Assembly: GCA_963786955.1 (NCBI GenBank)
Contig: CAWBAT010000004.1
Span: forward strand, 128,001 to 192,000
Reading direction: 5' to 3'
DNA length: 64,000 nt
Origin: an uncultured Acidimicrobiia bacterium
GTDB taxonomy: Bacteria; Acidobacteriota; Terriglobia; Versatilivoradales; Versatilivoraceae
Position 1 is the first letter of the stretch; the number at the start of each line of letters is the position of its first letter. The notes beneath the pieces are model-generated. The model had not been told where the DNA came from and made no database searches. It saw only the letters and a program-made list of their open reading frames with translations. Positions 61,154 through 64,000 of this stretch are shown here, piece after piece. Both the position numbers and the translations under genes were made by a program.

Positions 61154-61696
61154 TCACTCTTCGTCTTTCGTTTTCCAATACCGAGAAAACTCTTTCAAGA
61201 AACAGAGGGATTCTAAACTGCGCATCCGCTCCAGGAAGACCTTCCCGATCAGGTGGTCGTATTCATGCTGGATCACACGCCCTTGCAGCCCTTGTGCTTT
61301 AAATTCCACGACCTTGCCGCTCTCGTCATAAGCTTGGACTTTTATTTGTTTGTAGCGCGGTACCAACCCTCTTAAGTCGGGAATGCTCAGACACCCTTCC
61401 CAGTCTTCATCTAATTTTTCAGAGCTGATGGTCAAGGTGGGATTAATCAAAACCATTAAGGGTGTGGGGCTAAGCTTTGTTGTTTCAGGGTATTCCAGAG
61501 CATCGATGACCGCAATTTGAAGCGATTCATGCACTTGGGGGGCAGCAAGACCCACACCTTCGTACTCCCTCATGGTTTCGATCATGTCTTCAATCAATCC
61601 CTGAATTTGACTCCCAGGAATTCCGCTGACAGGGACGGGCTTTGCGACTTCTCTGAGGACTGGATGGCCCAGCCTGGCGACCTTAAGAAGGGACAT
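61154..61696 (-). CDS. def: peptide deformylase
   Basis: GVGLAAPQ, EGCLS, QHEYDHL. Confidence 0.97.
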   Translation of the reverse strand: MSLLKVARLGHPVLREVAKPVPVSGIPGSQIQGLIEDMIETMREYEGVGLAAPQVHESLQIAVIDALEYPETTKLSPTPLMVLINPTLTISSEKLDEDWEGCLSIPDLRGLVPRYKQIKVQAYDESGKVVEFKAQGLQGRVIQHEYDHLIGKVFLERMRSLESLCFLKEFSRYWKTKDEE

Positions 61697-61884
61697 GGGC
61701 TTCGCTCCGTTACAATAAGAATCCTTCTATATAGATAGATGCAATTGTCAATCGATCCGACAAAATGACTCCTGCCTGATAAATTGTAGCAATTTTGTCG
61801 CTTGGAGAAATCAGGAATTCTTATACGATTTGACCTATGGGGTAATTTCGACCCAATTTCACTAGAGACTCTGACCAAAACGAT

Positions 61885-62577
61885 ATGAGACCTTTACTTG
61901 TGGGGCATCGCGGCGCGTCGGCATATGCTTTGGAAAACACCCTGGAGGCTTTTCGGCAGGCAGTGGATATGGGCGCCGATATGGTCGAGTTGGATGTCCG
62001 TGAATCTCTCAACCATGAGTTTATTGTGATCCACGACAAGGATCTGAGAAGAATTTCCGGCAAAAATGTTATCGTTCATAAAACGCACTCTCGGGATTTG
62101 TGTTCCACCCAACTCCACAACAAGGAAAGGCTCCTGCGTTTGCCGGAAGTTTTTGATCTGTTACCTACCGCCCTCGGCATCATTGTAGAACTCAAAAGCA
62201 TTCGAAGTTATCAAAAAATGGGAGACTTTATCGCTGTGCGGGCAAAAGAGCGCCCCGTTATCCTTGCTTCTTTCGACCTTTCCCTGATCAAGAGGATTCA
62301 GGACAATTCGCCAAATCTTCCCATTGGGATCGTCTCCCATACACTGAACAACATTGCCAAAGCCAGCCTTATGGGAATACGCTTTGAAAATGTTTGTCTG
62401 GATTTTCAAGCCATCAATGCGAAAGCAATTAGGGAACTCAAGATTCAAAAAATAAAAACATTTGCCTGGACGGTTGACCGGGCAGAGGATATCCGGAGAA
62501 TGATTGAAGTGGATATCGACGGGATCATTTCTAACAAGCCTGATGCGGTTCGCCGGATATTGGACCAGGTCAAGTGA
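61885..62577 (+). CDS. glycerophosphodiester phosphodiesterase
   Basis: GHRGAS..ENT, ELDV, IHD, AWTVD. Confidence 0.93.
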   Translation: MRPLLVGHRGASAYALENTLEAFRQAVDMGADMVELDVRESLNHEFIVIHDKDLRRISGKNVIVHKTHSRDLCSTQLHNKERLLRLPEVFDLLPTALGIIVELKSIRSYQKMGDFIAVRAKERPVILASFDLSLIKRIQDNSPNLPIGIVSHTLNNIAKASLMGIRFENVCLDFQAINAKAIRELKIQKIKTFAWTVDRAEDIRRMIEVDIDGIISNKPDAVRRILDQVK

Positions 62578-62703
62578 AACGGCATTCTATACGAATGTGT
62601 ACCTGCGGCTGTACAATTCTCATTGTCATGAAAACGGATTTGTGTTACCTGTTGCCCCGATTCCATCATCATTTACAAAATCAATCATTGAAGGGAGTAG
62701 ATT

Positions 62704-64000
62704 ATGCAAGGTGTTACATCAGCGGGAGCGCTTCTGGCACTGCTCTGCCTATCATCTGGAATCGCTGCGGCGCAGTCACAACAGGGCGCACCCGAACCCA
62801 GCCTCATCAGCAAGTCTGTCACGGCTATTGGTTACACGGTCGGCGGTGGCTCGACCAAAGTTGATCTGAAAGGCACGAGCTTGATGCCTCGAGCCACTGG
62901 CGAAGCCAAGGTCGAAGCCAAGAAGGGGATCACCAACGTTGAGGTTGAGATCAAGGGTTTGGCGCAACCTTCGAAACTGGGCGCGGAGTTTTTGACTTAT
63001 GTACTGTGGGTGGTATCGACGGAGGGACGGACCAGCAATATTGGGGAGCTTCTGATCAACAACGACGGCGAATGCAAACTCCAAGCGACTACTCAGTTGC
63101 AGACCTTTTCTCTGATTGTCACCGCCGAGCCGTACTTTGCCGTGCGTCGACCCAGCGAAATGGTAGTCCTGGAGAACGACGTTCGCAAGGGCACCAAGGG
63201 GAAGATTTTCCCGGTCAACGACTACAAACTCATGCAGCGGGCCCAGTACCAGAAGTTGGGCAATCCGCTGGCGCTGACGCTGGATCTGAAGAATGTTCCA
63301 TTGGACATGTATGAAGCCCGTAACGCAGTGGACATCGCCAAATCGCGCGGGGCCGATAAGTATGCGCCGGAGATTTTCACCAAAGCAGAAGCTAGCCTGA
63401 AAATGGCAGAAAATGCGCTCGCCAGTAAGGCTAACAAGAAGGAGATCATCTCGACGGCGCGGCAGGCGGTGCAATTCTCGGAAGATGCTCGGGCGCTGGC
63501 AGTGCAACGGCAGGTTGAGGAGCGGATAGTCCAGGAGCGCGAGGCCGCGGCAGCGAAGGCCAAGGCAGCAGCAGAAGCCAAGGCCGCGGCGGAAGCGGCG
63601 GAAGCCAAGCGCAAGGCCGACCTGGAGGCGAAACGCCAGGCCGAGTTGGCCGCCGCCCGGGAGGCACAGATGAAAGCCGAGGCCGAGGTCGCGGCGATGA
63701 AAGCCAAAGCTGAAGCAGACGCTGCAGCAGCTAAAGCCAAGGCGGAGCAGGACGCGCTAATGACCAAGGAAGAAGCGGCCAAGGCGGCGGCGCGGAAAGC
63801 GGAAGCCGACAAAGAGGCCATGCGGGCCAGCCTCCTCGCACAATTTAACCGCATTCTTCCAACGCGAGATACTTCTCGTGGCTTGGTGGTCAACATGGGT
63901 GACGTGCTCTTTGACACGGGAAGGTATACGCTCCGTCAAGAGGCTCGAGAGGCGCTGGCGAAGCTATCAGGCATTGTGTTAGGGCATCCAGGCCTGAACC
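62704..64000 (+). CDS. OmpA family protein with Ala/Lys-rich coiled coil (3' partial; not in the ORF track)
   Basis: Own translation: signal peptide MQGVTSAGALLALLCL, EFLTYVLW, VTAEPYFAV, then RGLVVNMGDVLFDTG at the start of the OmpA domain; RBS AGGGAG. Confidence 0.9.
   Translation, partial: MQGVTSAGALLALLCLSSGIAAAQSQQGAPEPSLISKSVTAIGYTVGGGSTKVDLKGTSLMPRATGEAKVEAKKGITNVEVEIKGLAQPSKLGAEFLTYVLWVVSTEGRTSNIGELLINNDGECKLQATTQLQTFSLIVTAEPYFAVRRPSEMVVLENDVRKGTKGKIFPVNDYKLMQRAQYQKLGNPLALTLDLKNVPLDMYEARNAVDIAKSRGADKYAPEIFTKAEASLKMAENALASKANKKEIISTARQAVQFSEDARALAVQRQVEERIVQEREAAAAKAKAAAEAKAAAEAAEAKRKADLEAKRQAELAAAREAQMKAEAEVAAMKAKAEADAAAAKAKAEQDALMTKEEAAKAAARKAEADKEAMRASLLAQFNRILPTRDTSRGLVVNMGDVLFDTGRYTLRQEAREALAKLSGIVLGHPGLN

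Noticed and set aside
62776-63917. Long minus-strand ORFs (243 and 231 aa)
   Set aside because: Antisense shadows of the + strand OmpA-family gene.
1-64000. tRNA, rRNA, intact transposase, integrase or prophage genes
   Set aside because: None recognised in the sequence or the ORF track.

Overview
64-kb bacterial chromosomal window, most likely Acidobacteriota, inferred from the his-trp-aro gene order, the OmpA and lipoprotein families and the repeat types. (1) 1-11.1 kb: about 14 co-oriented, unrelated accessory genes separated by eroded attC-like sites, which looks like a frozen integron cassette array; no integrase lies in the window. (2) 11.3-33.3 kb: mgtE, an acyl-CoA synthetase, a divergent ScoA/B-like CoA transferase and the hisC-B-H/hisA-F-IE-trpE-G-D-C-F-B-A-chorismate mutase-aroF supercluster. 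It is interrupted between hisH and hisA by about 3.9 kb of mobile DNA (a GxxExxY pseudogene element and a sodium:solute symporter inside 21-bp inverted repeats). (3) 35.6-42.0 kb: an accessory island built from REP-tipped repeat modules (A - B12 radical SAM - A/B - beta-propeller lipoprotein + MbnH + MbnP - B), the best candidate for an undescribed system. (4) 42-64 kb: c-di-GMP enzymes, a Gfo/Idh/MocA + IolE-like sugar cluster, STAS, a GH30-like protein lacking its acid/base Glu, proS, glyA, def, a GDPD and a partial OmpA-family gene. All calls come from motif recognition by eye; no database search was run.
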